64,000 nt of DNA from an uncultured Candidatus Rokubacteria bacterium. Its GTDB lineage: Bacteria; Methylomirabilota; Methylomirabilia; Rokubacteriales; DASRDR01. This document shows positions 28,612-43,000 of this stretch, piece after piece; position 1 is the stretch's first letter; the number at the start of each line of letters is the position of its first letter. Below the pieces are notes generated by a model. It saw nothing but the letters and a program-made list of their open reading frames with translations, had not been told where the DNA came from and did no database searches. Location of the stretch: NCBI GenBank assembly GCA_963826115.1, contig CAWGVS010000005.1, forward strand, positions 608,001-672,000. Direction: 5' to 3'. Position numbers and translations under genes: made by a program.

Positions 28612-29912
28612 CACCCGAGACCGAAGGCCGTCCAGTCCCACAGGCCGAAGGCCGTCCAATCAGCCTACGGCCGGAGCGCGCCCGCCTCGCGAACGGCCTC
28701 ACCGCGGTGCTCCAGCCCCACGATGCGGCCGACGTCGCCGCCGTCCAGCTCTGGGTCCGGGCCGGCGCGCGCGACGAGAGGCCGGAGGAGGCGGGGCTCT
28801 CGCACTTCCTCGAGCACCTCCTGTTCAAGGGCACGCCGACCCGAGGGCCCGGCGTGATCGACGAGACGATCTCGGGGCTCGGCGGCGAGATGAACGCCGC
28901 GACCTCGCAGGACTGGACCTACTTCCACGTGGTCCTCCCGGCGGGGCGGCTCGACACCGCGCTCGACGTCCTGGCCGACGCGGCGCAGCACGCCTCGTTC
29001 GATCCGGTGGAGCTCGAGCGCGAGCGGCACGTCGTCCTCGAGGAGATCCGGCGGGCCGAGGACAGCCCGAGCGCGCTCCTCTGGCGGGTGCTGGCGCGCG
29101 AGCACTTCGGCGGGCACGCCTACGGGAAGCCCGTCCTCGGGACCGCCGAGTCGATCGGCGAGATGCCGCGGGAGCGGATCGTCGACTACTACCGGCGCTC
29201 GTACGTGCCGAACAACGCGACGGTCGTCGTCGCGGGAAGCCTCCCGGCGGAGCGCGCGCTCGAGGCCGTGCGCCGGGCGTTCGACGGCTGGGCGCCGGGC
29301 CGGCTCCCGGAGCGGCCGCGCCGCGTGGCCGAGGCCCCGCCGGCGCCCCGGCGCGCGGAGGTGCCGAAGGCGCTCCACCAGACGTACCTCGGCCTCGCCT
29401 GGGGCGGCGCCATCCCTCCGGACGCCGACGTCTACGCGCTCGACCTCGTGACGACGGTGCTGGGGCAGGGGCGGGCGTCCCGGCTGGTCCAGTCGCTCCG
29501 CGAGCGCCTGGGGCTCGTGTCCGGGATCGGGAGCAGCTTCTACCTCCAGCACGACGCGGGGACCATCGCGGTGACGGCGCGCACGACGACCGCGCGCTAC
29601 GCGGAGATCGAGGCGGCGATCCTCGCCGAGGTGCGGCGCGTCTCGGAGGAGCTCGTGACCGACGAGGAGCACGCGCGGGCCTTCACGTCGGTGGAGGCCG
29701 AGCACGCGTTCAGCGGGGAGACGGCCGAGGGCGCGGCCTACGCGCTCGGCACGGCGGACTCCCTGTGGACGCTCGAGTTCGAGCTGGGCTACGTCGACGC
29801 CGTCCGCCGCGTGACCCGGGAGGACATGCGCGAGGCCGCGCGACGGTACCTCCGTTCCGATCGCTTCACGGGCGCTGTCGTCGGCGCCGGGGCCGGCGGG
29901 AACGCGGAATGA
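28608..29912 (+). CDS. M16 family zinc peptidase, catalytic subunit
   Basis: LANGL, SHFLEHLLFKGT (HxxEH), NAATS, ERHVVLEE. Confidence 0.92.
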   Translation: MTPETEGRPVPQAEGRPISLRPERARLANGLTAVLQPHDAADVAAVQLWVRAGARDERPEEAGLSHFLEHLLFKGTPTRGPGVIDETISGLGGEMNAATSQDWTYFHVVLPAGRLDTALDVLADAAQHASFDPVELERERHVVLEEIRRAEDSPSALLWRVLAREHFGGHAYGKPVLGTAESIGEMPRERIVDYYRRSYVPNNATVVVAGSLPAERALEAVRRAFDGWAPGRLPERPRRVAEAPPAPRRAEVPKALHQTYLGLAWGGAIPPDADVYALDLVTTVLGQGRASRLVQSLRERLGLVSGIGSSFYLQHDAGTIAVTARTTTARYAEIEAAILAEVRRVSEELVTDEEHARAFTSVEAEHAFSGETAEGAAYALGTADSLWTLEFELGYVDAVRRVTREDMREAARRYLRSDRFTGAVVGAGAGGNAE

Positions 29913-31210
29913 GCGCGGTCGAGCCGGGCGCCGGGCCGCGGGACGGAGGACTCCGCCCGGAGTCGGGCCGTCCGTCCGGCGGCCTCGGCCCGGTGACCCG
30001 CCTGACGCTGCCCGGCGGGCTCACCGTGCTGGTGCGCGAGAATCGCGGTGCCCCCGTGGTCGCGGCGACGCTCCTGGCTCGCGGCGGGTCCGCCGACGAG
30101 GCGCCGGAGCTGAACGGCGTGACCGCGCTCCTCGGGCGCGTGCTCCTCAAGGGGACGCGGGCCCGAAGCGCGCTCGAGGTGGCGAGCGCGGCGGAGGACG
30201 CCGGCGGCGGCATCGAGAGCGGCGCCGACCAGGAGTACGGTGAGCTCCGGGTCTGGGGGCTCGCGCGCCACTGGCGACGCCTGCTCGCGCTCCTCCACGA
30301 GGTCGTCACCGAGCCGCGCCTCGACGAGGCCGAGGTGGAGCGGGAGCGTGCCGTCCTCCTCGCCCAGATCCGCGGGATCGAGGACCAGCCGGCCCAGGTC
30401 GCGGGCCGCGTGCTCCTGCGGGGGCTCTTCGGCCCGCGCGGGTACGGGCTGCCGACGAGCGGGGAGGAGTCGACCGTCGCGCGGATCACGCGCGCGGACC
30501 TGGCCGTCCGCCGCGCCGAGACGTACGCGGCGGACCGTCTCGTCCTCGCCCTCTCCGGCGCGGTGGCGGCGGACGAGGTGCTGGACGAGGTCGGGCGGCT
30601 CTTCGAGGGCCTCGCGGGCGGGGGATCGCTGGCGCCCGCCCCGCCGATCCCCGCGCGGCCCGTCCGCCCGCGGCAACACGAGGTCTCGCCGAGCCAGCAG
30701 GCCCACGTCCTCCTGGGGTACCTCGCGCCGCCCGTCGACGCGGCCGACCACGTCGCGCTGAAGGTCGCGAACGGGGTCCTGGGCGGCGGGATGTCGAGCC
30801 GCCTGTTCCGGACCCTGCGGGACGAGGAAGGGCTCGCGTACTCGGTCGGCTCCGCGTACCCCACGCGGCGGGGCGCGGGACGCGTGGTCCTTCACATCGG
30901 GACGGCGCCGGAAAACGCGACGGCGGCCGAGGCGGGCCTCCGGCGTGAGGCGGAGCGCCTCTCCGGCGAGCCCGTGCCCGAGGAGGAGCTCGAGCGCACG
31001 AAGGCGTACCTCTCGGGGTCCTTCGTGCTCGACCGGCGGACGAATGCGCGCCAGAGCTTCTATCTCGCGTTCTACGAGGCGATGGGCGTCGGGGCCGAGT
31101 ACGTGATGCGGTACCCGGAGCTCCTCGAGGCGGTGGGGACGGCCGACGTGCTGCGCGTGGCGCGCCGTCACCTGGTCGAGCCGGCCGCGGTGGTCGTCGG
31201 CCCGGCCTGA
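29909..31210 (+). CDS. M16 family peptidase, non-catalytic partner subunit
   Basis: Lacks HxxEH; GGGMSSRLF..LRDEEGLAY (R/Y pair); ATGA overlap with preceding gene. Confidence 0.88.
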   Translation: MSAVEPGAGPRDGGLRPESGRPSGGLGPVTRLTLPGGLTVLVRENRGAPVVAATLLARGGSADEAPELNGVTALLGRVLLKGTRARSALEVASAAEDAGGGIESGADQEYGELRVWGLARHWRRLLALLHEVVTEPRLDEAEVERERAVLLAQIRGIEDQPAQVAGRVLLRGLFGPRGYGLPTSGEESTVARITRADLAVRRAETYAADRLVLALSGAVAADEVLDEVGRLFEGLAGGGSLAPAPPIPARPVRPRQHEVSPSQQAHVLLGYLAPPVDAADHVALKVANGVLGGGMSSRLFRTLRDEEGLAYSVGSAYPTRRGAGRVVLHIGTAPENATAAEAGLRREAERLSGEPVPEEELERTKAYLSGSFVLDRRTNARQSFYLAFYEAMGVGAEYVMRYPELLEAVGTADVLRVARRHLVEPAAVVVGPA

Positions 31211-31227
31211 GGGCCGCGCGAGGCGGA

Positions 31228-31974
31228 GTGCTCCCGCTCAAGGACAACGTCCCGACCCGCATCTTCCCGGCGGTCTCGGTCGCCCTGATCGTCGTGAACG
31301 TCGTCATCTATCTGTACGAGTTCTTCCTGTGGTTCGATCCGGCGACCGCGGGCCGGGTGTCGCTCGGCCCCCAGCTCTACGGCCAGTTCGTGGTCGAGTT
31401 CGGGATGATCCCGTGCCGGTTCGCGGACGTGTGTCCGCTCGGGCTCGAGACCGCGCTCGCCGGCTCGCCGCCCCCGGCGCTGACGCTGTTCACCTCGATG
31501 TTCCTCCACGGGGGCTTGCTCCACGTCGTCGGGAACATGCTGTACCTCTGGCTCTTCGGCAAGAGCGTCGAGGACTTCCTGGGGCACTGGCGGTTCCTGA
31601 TCTTCTATCTCGTGTGCGGCCTGGCGGCGGCGTGCGCGCACTACCTTCAGGACCCGGCCTCGGCCGTCCCGATGGTGGGCGCCAGCGGCGCGGTCTCGGG
31701 AACGCTGGGTGCGTACGCCTTGCTCCAGCCGCGCGCCCGGATCTGGACCCTCGTGGTCGTCGGGTTCTTCGTCCGCATGGTCTCCGTGCCCGCCTGGGTG
31801 GTGCTGGGGTTCTGGGTGGTGCTCCAGGTCGCGACCGGCCTCCTGACGTTCGCCCGCGGCCAGGCGGCGAGCGTCGCGTTCCTCGCCCACCTCGGGGGGT
31901 TCGTCGCGGGCCTGGTGCTGATCGCGCTCTTCCGGCGCACCCGGGTCCGCCGCCGGAGGCGGCGCTGGGCGTGA
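31228..31974 (+). CDS. Rhomboid family intramembrane serine protease
   Basis: SMFLHGG..H..GNM, GASG, AHLGGF. Confidence 0.93.
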   Translation: MLPLKDNVPTRIFPAVSVALIVVNVVIYLYEFFLWFDPATAGRVSLGPQLYGQFVVEFGMIPCRFADVCPLGLETALAGSPPPALTLFTSMFLHGGLLHVVGNMLYLWLFGKSVEDFLGHWRFLIFYLVCGLAAACAHYLQDPASAVPMVGASGAVSGTLGAYALLQPRARIWTLVVVGFFVRMVSVPAWVVLGFWVVLQVATGLLTFARGQAASVAFLAHLGGFVAGLVLIALFRRTRVRRRRRRWA

Positions 31975-31997
31975 CGGGCTGGACGACGCCCGCGGCC

Positions 31998-32003
31998 TAT
32001 AAT
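31998..32003 (+). promoter_or_regulatory. Consensus -10 box upstream of PGM/PMM
   Basis: TATAAT in a GC-rich intergenic gap, 20 nt before ATG 32024, GGAGG in between. Confidence 0.55.
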
Positions 32004-32023
32004 CGAGCGGAGGCACGACGAGG

Positions 32024-33445
32024 ATGACGACGCCGCTCGATCCCATCAAGTTCGGCACGTCCGGGTGGCGTGCGCGGATGGCCGACACCTACACGTTCGC
32101 GAACGTGCGGCGTCTCACCCGGGCCATCGCCGACCACCTCCGAGAGACGGGCGAGGCCGGGCGGGGCGTCGTCGTGGGCTACGACACGCGCTTCCTGTCC
32201 GAGGACTTCGCTGCCGCCGCCGCGGGGACGCTGGCCGGGGCCGGCGTCCGGTGCCGCCTCGCGGTCCACGCGGTGCCGACGCCGACGGTGGCCCACGCCG
32301 TCCTCCACCACCAGGCTGCGGCCGGCATCACGATCACGGCGAGCCACAATCCGGCGCCGGACAACGGGCTCAAGCTGTCCGGGCCGACCGGCGGGCCGGC
32401 CCTGCCCGAGGTGACGCACGCGATCGAGGCGCGGGTCGCCGGTCTTCGGGACCCGGGCGCGATGCCGATTGCGGAGGCGCGGGCCGCCGGGCTCGTGGAG
32501 TTCGCCGACTTCGCGCCCGCGTACCTCGAGCAGTGTCGGCGGCTCGTCGAGCTCGACACCATCCGGCGGGCGCGGCTCCGCGTGGTGGTGGACGTCATGT
32601 ACGGCCCGGCGCTCGGCTATCTCGACCGGCTCCTCGAGGAGGCCGGCTGCGAGGTCACGCTGCTCCACGGGACGCGTGACGTGACGTTCGGCGGCCACCC
32701 GCCGGAGCCCGCGGAGGAGCATCTGGGCGAGCTGATCCGGACCGTCCGCGAGCGCGGCGCGCACCTCGGGCTCGCCACCGACGGCGACGCCGACCGCTTC
32801 GGAGTGGTCGATCGCGACGGGACCGTGCTGGCCCCGAACCCGATCCTCGCGCTCATCCTCCGGCATCTCCTCGGGCACCGGGGCTGGCGGGGCGGCGTGG
32901 CGCGGAGTGTCGCGACGACGCACCTCCTCGACGCGCTCGCAAAGCGGCACGACTGCGAGCTCCACGAGACGCCCGTCGGCTTCAAGTACCTGGGCGACCT
33001 CATCACCCAGGGGCGCGCCATGTTCGGCGGCGAGGAGTCGGGCGGCATGAGCCTCCGCGGCCATCCGCCGGAGAAGGACGGGATCCTCGCCTGCCTCCTG
33101 GCGGCCGAGGTGGCGGCCGTGGAAGGCGTGGCCCTCGGCGCCGTGCTGGAGCGGCTCTACGGCGAGGTGGGGCGGCTTCTCTCCGTGCGGATCAACGTGC
33201 CGCTCTCCGAAACGGTGCGGCAGGCGCTGCCCGCGCGCATGGCCGCCCCGCCGGCGACGCTCGGCCGCTGGGCGGTCAAGCGGGCACAGACCACGGACGG
33301 CCTGAAACTTTACCTGGACGGCGGCGCGTGGGTGCTCGTGCGGGCGTCGGGCACCGAGCCGGTGGCCCGGCTCTACGTCGAGGCAGAGGACGCCGCGTCG
33401 CTCGGGGCCCTCCGGGACGCCGCCCAGCGGCACTTCTTCGCGTGA
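32024..33445 (+). CDS. Phosphoglucomutase/phosphomannomutase family protein
   Basis: IKFGTSGWR, TASHNP, DGDADR, GGEES, RASGTEP. Confidence 0.93.
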   Translation: MTTPLDPIKFGTSGWRARMADTYTFANVRRLTRAIADHLRETGEAGRGVVVGYDTRFLSEDFAAAAAGTLAGAGVRCRLAVHAVPTPTVAHAVLHHQAAAGITITASHNPAPDNGLKLSGPTGGPALPEVTHAIEARVAGLRDPGAMPIAEARAAGLVEFADFAPAYLEQCRRLVELDTIRRARLRVVVDVMYGPALGYLDRLLEEAGCEVTLLHGTRDVTFGGHPPEPAEEHLGELIRTVRERGAHLGLATDGDADRFGVVDRDGTVLAPNPILALILRHLLGHRGWRGGVARSVATTHLLDALAKRHDCELHETPVGFKYLGDLITQGRAMFGGEESGGMSLRGHPPEKDGILACLLAAEVAAVEGVALGAVLERLYGEVGRLLSVRINVPLSETVRQALPARMAAPPATLGRWAVKRAQTTDGLKLYLDGGAWVLVRASGTEPVARLYVEAEDAASLGALRDAAQRHFFA

Positions 33446-34305
33446 GCCCCGCCGGGACCGCGCCGCGTTCGCGCATGCGCCTCGACGAGCTCCTCGTCGA
33501 GCGCGGCCTCGCGTCGAGCCGCGCCGAGGCCGCGCGCCTGATCCTCGCCGGCCAGGTGCGGCTGCCCGGCGGCGCGCTCGCCAAGGCGGGACGCCTGGTG
33601 GCGCCGGGGACCGCGGTGGAACGGGTGGCGCAAGCCCCCTTCGTCGGGCGCGGCGGCGAGAAGCTGGCGCCGGCGCTGGACGCCTTCGACGTCCGGGTGG
33701 ACGGTCGCGTCTGCCTGGACGTGGGCGCGTCCACCGGCGGCTTCACCGACTGCCTGCTTCTCCGCGGGGCGGCGGGGGTCCACGCGATCGACGTCGGGCA
33801 CGGCCAGCTCCATCCGCGGCTTCGCGCGGACGCCCGCGTCGTCGTGTGGGAGGGCGTCAACGCGCGCCACCTCGAGCCGGCCCGGTTTCCCGACGGGCCG
33901 AGCCTCGCGACGATCGACGTCTCCTTCATCTCGCTCGACAAGGTGCTGCCCGCGGTCTCGGCGTGCCTCGTCGCCCCGGCGGAGATCGTGGCCCTCGTGA
34001 AGCCGCAGTTCGAGGTTGGCCGCGGTCAGGTGGGCAAGGGCGGCGTGGTGCGCGCGTGGGCCGCGCGGCGGGACGTGGTCCGCGGCGTGGCCGCCGCGGC
34101 GGCGCGACTGGGCCTGGTCACGCTCGGCGTGGCTCCGTCGGCCCTCCACGGCCCGAAGGGGAACCGCGAGGTCTTCCTCCACCTCGCTCGCGACCCCGGG
34201 CCGCGCGTGCCGCTCGAGGGCGACACGCTCGAGGCTGCGCTCGCCGAGGCGGTGCCGGCCGAGGACCGCCTCGCCGGGGCGCGAGCGGAGCGGGGACGGC
34301 CGTGA
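33442..34305 (+). CDS. tlyA: TlyA family rRNA 2'-O-methyltransferase
   Basis: RLDELLV S4 domain, RGGEKL, DVGASTGGFTD, DVSFISL, KPQFE, GNRE; start 33442 or 33475. Confidence 0.92.
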   Translation: MSPAGTAPRSRMRLDELLVERGLASSRAEAARLILAGQVRLPGGALAKAGRLVAPGTAVERVAQAPFVGRGGEKLAPALDAFDVRVDGRVCLDVGASTGGFTDCLLLRGAAGVHAIDVGHGQLHPRLRADARVVVWEGVNARHLEPARFPDGPSLATIDVSFISLDKVLPAVSACLVAPAEIVALVKPQFEVGRGQVGKGGVVRAWAARRDVVRGVAAAAARLGLVTLGVAPSALHGPKGNREVFLHLARDPGPRVPLEGDTLEAALAEAVPAEDRLAGARAERGRP

Positions 34306-34417
34306 GCCCACGGGCCGCCACAGGCCGATGGCCGTTCGATCGGATCCGTGCGATCAACCCCTGCGCAGCGAGGGTAGCCCCGTGAGCGCAACCGAGGGTG
34401 GAAAGGGGAGGGGACGG

Positions 34418-35278
34418 ATGCGGCGCGTCGGGATCGTCGCGCGGCGGGACCGGGCGGAGGCGCGCGAGGTGACGCGCGGCCTCGTCCAGTGGCTCGTCGC
34501 CCAGGGGCGCGAGGTCGTCGTCGACACCGAGACGGCGGCGGCGCTCGCCCTTCCCGGCGTGACCGTCGCGGATCGGCAGGCCCTGCCGGGGAAGGTCGAC
34601 CTGATCGTCGTCCTCGGCGGAGACGGCACGCTCCTGTCGGTCGCGCGCTTGGTGGACGGTCGCGACGTCCCGATCCTCGGCGTGAACCTGGGCGGTCTCG
34701 GCTTCCTGACGGCGACCACGCTCGAGGCGCTCTTCCCGACGCTCGAGGCGGTGCTGCGCGGCGAGTACGCCGCCGAGGAGCGCCTGGTCCTGACGGTGAC
34801 CCTGACGCGGGCCGGCGCCTCCCTGGCGGAGCTGCTGGCCCTCAACGACGTCGTGGTGGCGAAGGGAGCCCTCGGGCGGCTGATCGACCTGGACGTTCGC
34901 GCCGACGGCCAGCCGATGACCGCCTACCGCGCCGACGGCCTCATCATCGCCACCCCCACCGGCTCGACGGCCTACAACCTGTCGGCGGCGGGGCCGATCC
35001 TCTTCCCCACGATGGATGCCGTGGTCCTGACCCCCATCTGCTCGCACACGCTGACGAATCGCCCCATCGTTCTGCCCGCGTCGATTGCCCTGGAAGTGAC
35101 CCTCCTGAGCGACGCCCCCGACGTCGTCCTGTCCGTGGACGGTCAGCCAGGCCCCCCGCTCGCCGCCGGAGACGTGGTGCGTGTCGGCCAGGCGGCGGCT
35201 CGGATCCGGCTGATCCGGGACCCTCGGAAATCCTACTTCGAGGTGCTGCGTACAAAGCTAAAATGGGGCGAACGCTGA
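34418..35278 (+). CDS. nadK: NAD(+) kinase
   Basis: LGGDGT, GVNLG.LGFL, LND, DG...ATPTGSTAY. Confidence 0.95.
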   Translation: MRRVGIVARRDRAEAREVTRGLVQWLVAQGREVVVDTETAAALALPGVTVADRQALPGKVDLIVVLGGDGTLLSVARLVDGRDVPILGVNLGGLGFLTATTLEALFPTLEAVLRGEYAAEERLVLTVTLTRAGASLAELLALNDVVVAKGALGRLIDLDVRADGQPMTAYRADGLIIATPTGSTAYNLSAAGPILFPTMDAVVLTPICSHTLTNRPIVLPASIALEVTLLSDAPDVVLSVDGQPGPPLAAGDVVRVGQAAARIRLIRDPRKSYFEVLRTKLKWGER

Positions 35279-35299
35279 TCAATCCGGAGGCGCGCTGGG

Positions 35300-37012
35300 G
35301 TGCTGAGAGAGCTCAGAGTCCGTAACCTCGCGGTCATCGAGTCCCTGACCGTTCCGTTCGGTCCGGGGCTCAACGTCCTGACCGGCGAGACAGGCGCAGG
35401 GAAGTCGATCATCATCGACGCCCTGACCCTCCTCCTCGGCGAGCGCGCCCAGCCGGCCGAGACGATCCGGAGCGGCGCGGAGACGGCGACCATCGAGGCC
35501 GTCTTCGACGCGCGCCGGAAGAGCCCCGTCGCCGCGGTCCTCCAGGAGCACGGCATCCCACTGGAGGACGGCCAGCTGGTCGTGCGTCGGGAGCTCGTGC
35601 GTGGCGGGCGGGGGCGGGTGTTCCTGAACGACGCGAACACGACCCTCGCGCTGCTCGAGCGGCTGGGCGAGGTCCTGGTCGAGGTCCACGGCCAGCACGA
35701 GCACCAGGCCCTCCTCCGGCCGGGGCGGCATCTCGACCTCCTGGATGCCTTCGCGGGCCTCGGGATCCTCCGCGACCGGCTCCGCCAGCGCCACGACGAG
35801 TGGCGGAGCGCCTCGTCCGACCTCGACACGCTCCGGACCACGGCCCGCGACCAGGTCGCCCGGACGGCCCAGTACCGGGAGACCATCGCGGAGATCGACG
35901 CGGCGCACCTCCGGCCGCAGGAGGAGGAGGAGCTGCGCGAGGAGCGCCGGCGCCTGATGAACGCCGAGCGCCTGGCGGAGGGCGCGTCGGGGGCGTACCG
36001 CGAGCTCTACGACGATCCCGCCTCGGCGGTCGAGCGGGCGGGCCGCGCGGCAAGCCTCCTCCGCGACCTGGCGCGCGTCGATCCCGCGGTCCAGGCGACG
36101 GTCCAGGCGCTCGACACCGCGCTGGTGCAGCTCGACGAGACCGCGCGGACCCTCCGGAGCTACCGCGACGGCATCGTGTTCGACCCGCCGCGCCTCGAGG
36201 TGATCGAGCGGCGGCTGGACGACGTCAGCCGGCTGAAGCGGAAGTACGGCGAGACGGTGGACGCGGTCCTCGCGCTCCGGGTGCGGCTCGAGTCCGAGCT
36301 GGAGGGTCTGTCGCGAGCCGGCGAGGACGAGGGGCGCCTGGCGGAGCGCGTGGAGCGGCTGCGCACCGAGCTGGTCACGCGCGCGACCGACCTCGCCGAG
36401 CGGCGTGACCAGGCCGTTGGCCGGTTGGAGGGCGCGGTGCTCGCGGAGCTCGCGGCGCTCGACCTCGAGGGCGCGGCGTTCCGCGTCCGTCTGGTCCGGG
36501 ACCGGGCCGGCCACGGGGAGCTCGGCGTGGGCCCCGAGGGCTGGCGCCTCGGCCCCAAGGGCGTCGACCAGGCGGAGTTCCTGTTCTCGGCCAACGCCGG
36601 GGAAGACGCCCGGCCGCTCGCCCGCATCGCCTCGGGCGGCGAGCTCTCCCGCACGATGCTCGCGCTCAAGGTCGTACTGGCGGCCACCGACGCGGTGCCG
36701 GTGTTGATCTTCGACGAGGTGGACGTCGGCATCGGGGGCAAGACGGCCGACACCGTGGGCAAGAAGCTCCGCCAGGTGGCCAGGACTCGGCAGGTCCTCT
36801 GCGTCACGCATCTCCCCCAGATCGCGGCCTACGCCGACCAGCACTTCCGGGTCGAGAAGCGCGAGGAGGAGGGGCGCACGGCGACGACGGTCGGCGTCCT
36901 GGTCAAGAACGACCGGGTGCGCGAGGTGGCCCGGATGCTGGGCGGCGAGTCGGTCACCGACACGAGCCTCCAGCACGCGCTCGAGCTCATCACCCAGGCG
37001 CGAGGGAAGTGA
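35300..37012 (+). CDS. recN: DNA repair protein RecN
   Basis: [36 protein letters not shown]; tlyA-nadK-recN synteny. Confidence 0.96.
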   Translation: MLRELRVRNLAVIESLTVPFGPGLNVLTGETGAGKSIIIDALTLLLGERAQPAETIRSGAETATIEAVFDARRKSPVAAVLQEHGIPLEDGQLVVRRELVRGGRGRVFLNDANTTLALLERLGEVLVEVHGQHEHQALLRPGRHLDLLDAFAGLGILRDRLRQRHDEWRSASSDLDTLRTTARDQVARTAQYRETIAEIDAAHLRPQEEEELREERRRLMNAERLAEGASGAYRELYDDPASAVERAGRAASLLRDLARVDPAVQATVQALDTALVQLDETARTLRSYRDGIVFDPPRLEVIERRLDDVSRLKRKYGETVDAVLALRVRLESELEGLSRAGEDEGRLAERVERLRTELVTRATDLAERRDQAVGRLEGAVLAELAALDLEGAAFRVRLVRDRAGHGELGVGPEGWRLGPKGVDQAEFLFSANAGEDARPLARIASGGELSRTMLALKVVLAATDAVPVLIFDEVDVGIGGKTADTVGKKLRQVARTRQVLCVTHLPQIAAYADQHFRVEKREEEGRTATTVGVLVKNDRVREVARMLGGESVTDTSLQHALELITQARGK

Positions 37013-37076
37013 TCGCGCGCTCCGCCGGGCGTCCCCGCCGGCCCCGCTTGATCCGGGGGAGTACAATAGGCCTGCC

Positions 37077-39854
<2,778 letters not shown>

Positions 39855-40000
39855 CGCCCGCTCCCCGGCGGGGCCGGCACGTCCGGTCGCCGGGCCCCTC
39901 CCGCATCAACCTGTAGGGTCGCCGGGCGCGCATTGCGCCCACCCCTGGTATTTTTCCCTTGGACCGATCCCGGGGCTCGTGCTATCAGTCTGTGACGGTC

Positions 40001-43000
40001 ATGCGGCTCCAGAGCGTCACGCTGTTCGGCTTCAAGTCGTTCGCGGATCGCACCGACGTGCGCATCCTCCCGGGGATCACTGCCATCGTCGGCCCGAACG
40101 GCTGCGGGAAGTCCAACATCTCGGACGCGCTCCGCTGGGCGCTCGGCGAGCAGAGCGCGAAGGCCCTCCGCGGCCACCGCATGGAGGACGTGATTTTCCA
40201 CGGCTCGGCGTCGCGCCGGCCGCTCGGACTGTCCGAGGTCCTTCTCACGTTCTCGAACGATGGCGAGCTGGCGGTTCCGTGGAGTGAGGTCGGTCTCGGG
40301 CGGCGCCTCTACCGCGACGGTGAGTCGGAGTACCTCCTCAACAAGCAGGTCTGCCGGCTGAAGGACATCCACGATCTCTTCCTCGGCACCGGCGTCAACC
40401 CGAAGGCCTACGCGCTCATGGAGCAGGAGCGGCTGGCCCAGATCCTGACCGCGAAGCCGCTCGACCGGCGGGTGTTCGTGGAAGAGGCCGCGGGGATCAC
40501 CCGGTACAAGCTCCAGCGGGCGGAGACGCTCACCAAGCTCGAGGCGACGCGCCAGAACCTTCTGCGCGTCCGCGACGTGATGGACGAGGTGAAGCGGCAG
40601 CTCGGCTCGCTGGAGCGCCAGGCCAAGAAGGCCCAGCAGCACAAGGCCCTGCAGGCCGAGCGGCGGACCATCGAGGTCGCCCTCCTGGCCGCCGAGCACG
40701 CCGGGCTCGCGGGGGAGGAGGAGCGCCTCGGCCGCGAGGAGGCCACGGAGCGCGCGCAGGTGGAGCTCGGCCAGACGCGCGTGGCGGCGCAGGGCGCGGC
40801 GGTCGAGCTCGCGCGCGCGGACGTGATGGGCGCCGAGCAGCGCGCCGCGGAGGCGCGTCACGCCCTCCAGCGCGCGGAGCTCGAGCTCGAGGGCTGCATC
40901 GGCCGGGCCGAGCAGCTCCGCCTGGTCGAGCGGGACCTGGGCGCCGAGGTGAGCCGGCTCGGCGAGGAGGCCGAGGCCCTCTCCCTGAAGGTGAAGGCGC
41001 TCGCCGAGGAGCGACGGAGCAAGGGGACGCTCCTCGAAGCCCTCCAGCGCGACTACGTCGACCTCGAGGCGCGGGCCCGGACCGAGGAGGCGGCGCTGGA
41101 CGAGTTGCGGGTCCGCCTGCGGGGCGCCCGCGAGGCCGCGGAGACCCTGCGCCGGGACCAGGTCGGGCTCGCCGGCCACCGGACCGAGCTCGGGCAGATC
41201 CTGGGGGCCCTCGACGAGCGGGGGGAGCACCTCCACCGCCGCCTGCACCGCCTGAAGGCCGAGCGCACCGAAGCCGAGGCCGAGCGCGCCCGCATCGAGA
41301 CGGCGCGGGGCGTGGCCAGCGAGCGCGTGGGCGCCGCGGCGGCGCGCCTGGCCGCGCTCGAGGTCGAGCTCAGGGAGCTGGCCACGGACGCGGCGGCGGC
41401 GTCGGCGGAGCGCGCCGCCGCGACGGAGGCCGGCGAGGCCTGCCGGGTCGCCCTTGCCGGCCGGCGGTCGAGCCTCTCCGCGCTGGAGGAGCTCGAGGCC
41501 CAGCGCGCCGGCTACGCCCAGGGCGTGCAGGCCGTCTTCGCCGCCGCCGGCGACGCGCGCCTCCGCGGCGTGGTCGGGACCGTCGCCGACCTCCTCGAGG
41601 TGCCGAGAGAGCTCGAGCACGCCGTCGAGGCGGTGCTGGGCGAGCGCCTCCAGTGGGTGGTGATGGAGACGTTCGAGGCCGCGAAGGCGGCGCTCGGGTA
41701 TCTCGGCCGCTCGGGGGGCGGGCAGGCGACGTTCCTGCCGCTCGACTGGCTCAACGGGACGGAGAAGACGCACGTCGGCACGGACCCCGGCGTCGTGGGG
41801 CTCGCGGAGGCGCTCGTGGCCTCGGGCCACCCGCGGCTCGTCGCGAACCTCCTCGGCTCGGTCGTCGTCGTGCGCGACCTCGGGTCGGCGGAGCGCCTCT
41901 ACTCGCAGAACGGCCACGGGACGAGCTTCGTCACGGTGGGCGGTGAGGTGCTGAGCCCACCGGGCGCGCTCGGGGGCGGTCGGGCCTCGGGCGGGGGTGA
42001 TGCCTCGCTGCTCGCGCGGAAGCGTTCCATCCGCGATCTCGGCGGCGAGATCCGGCGCTTGGAGGCGGAGCTCGAGCAGACGCTCGAGCGAGGGCGCCGC
42101 GCGGAGGCGCGGGTCGCCGCGCTCGACGACACGCAGCGGGCGCGCGCCGCCGCGCGGGAAGGCGCGGAGGCCGACCGGCTGTCGGCGTCGAAGGACCTCG
42201 AGCAGGTGGTCCGCGAGGCGGAGCGGGTCGGGCTCATGGCCGAGGGGATCCGGGCGGAGATCGCCCAGCTCCGTGGGGACGCCGCGTCGGTCGAGGCCGA
42301 GGCGCGGACGCAGCGGGAGACGCTCGCCGAGGTCGAGTCGACCGCGGCGCGGGTGGCCTCCGAGATCGCCGAGCTCCTGGGGCGGATCGACGTCGATTCC
42401 CACGACGAGGCCCGGCGCTCGCAGGCGTTCCTGGACGCCCAGGTGGAGCTGGCCGCCCTCGCCGGTCGCGTCGACACGCTCCAGACCGACCTCGTGCGGA
42501 ATCAGACCGACGACGGCGAGGCGCAGGAGCGCATCCGGGCGGGAGAGGAGCGGCTCCAGGGGCTACGGGGGCGCCTCGAGGAGGGCGCGCTCGAGCGCCG
42601 CCGGCTGGACGCGCGCGCCGAGACGATCCGCGCCGAGCGCGACCAGACCGAGTCCGTGGCCCGGGTGACCGCCGAGGCGATGCGGGAGCGCGCGGAGGCC
42701 GTGACCCGGGCCGCCGACGAGCTCCGCGCGAGCGAGGTCGAGCTCCACCGTGCGAGCCGCGCGGTGCAGGAGCACGCGATCCGCCTGGCCGAGATCCGGG
42801 TCCGCCGCCAGGACCTCGAGGCCGACGCCCGGCGCCGCTTCGAGGTCGATGCGGACGGGCTCCGCCTGGCCCACGACCCGGCGCGCGATCTCGGGGAGGC
42901 GCAGGCCCGTCTGGAGACGATCACGCAGCGCATCGCCGCCCTCGAGCCCGTGAACCTCATCGCCGACGAGGAGTACCGGGAGCTCGACGAGCGGCTCGGC

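Noticed and set aside
28621-28658. 14-bp direct repeat CCGAAGGCCGTCCA at 24-nt period
   Set aside because: Only two copies, in frame in the M16 N-terminal extension; not CRISPR-like
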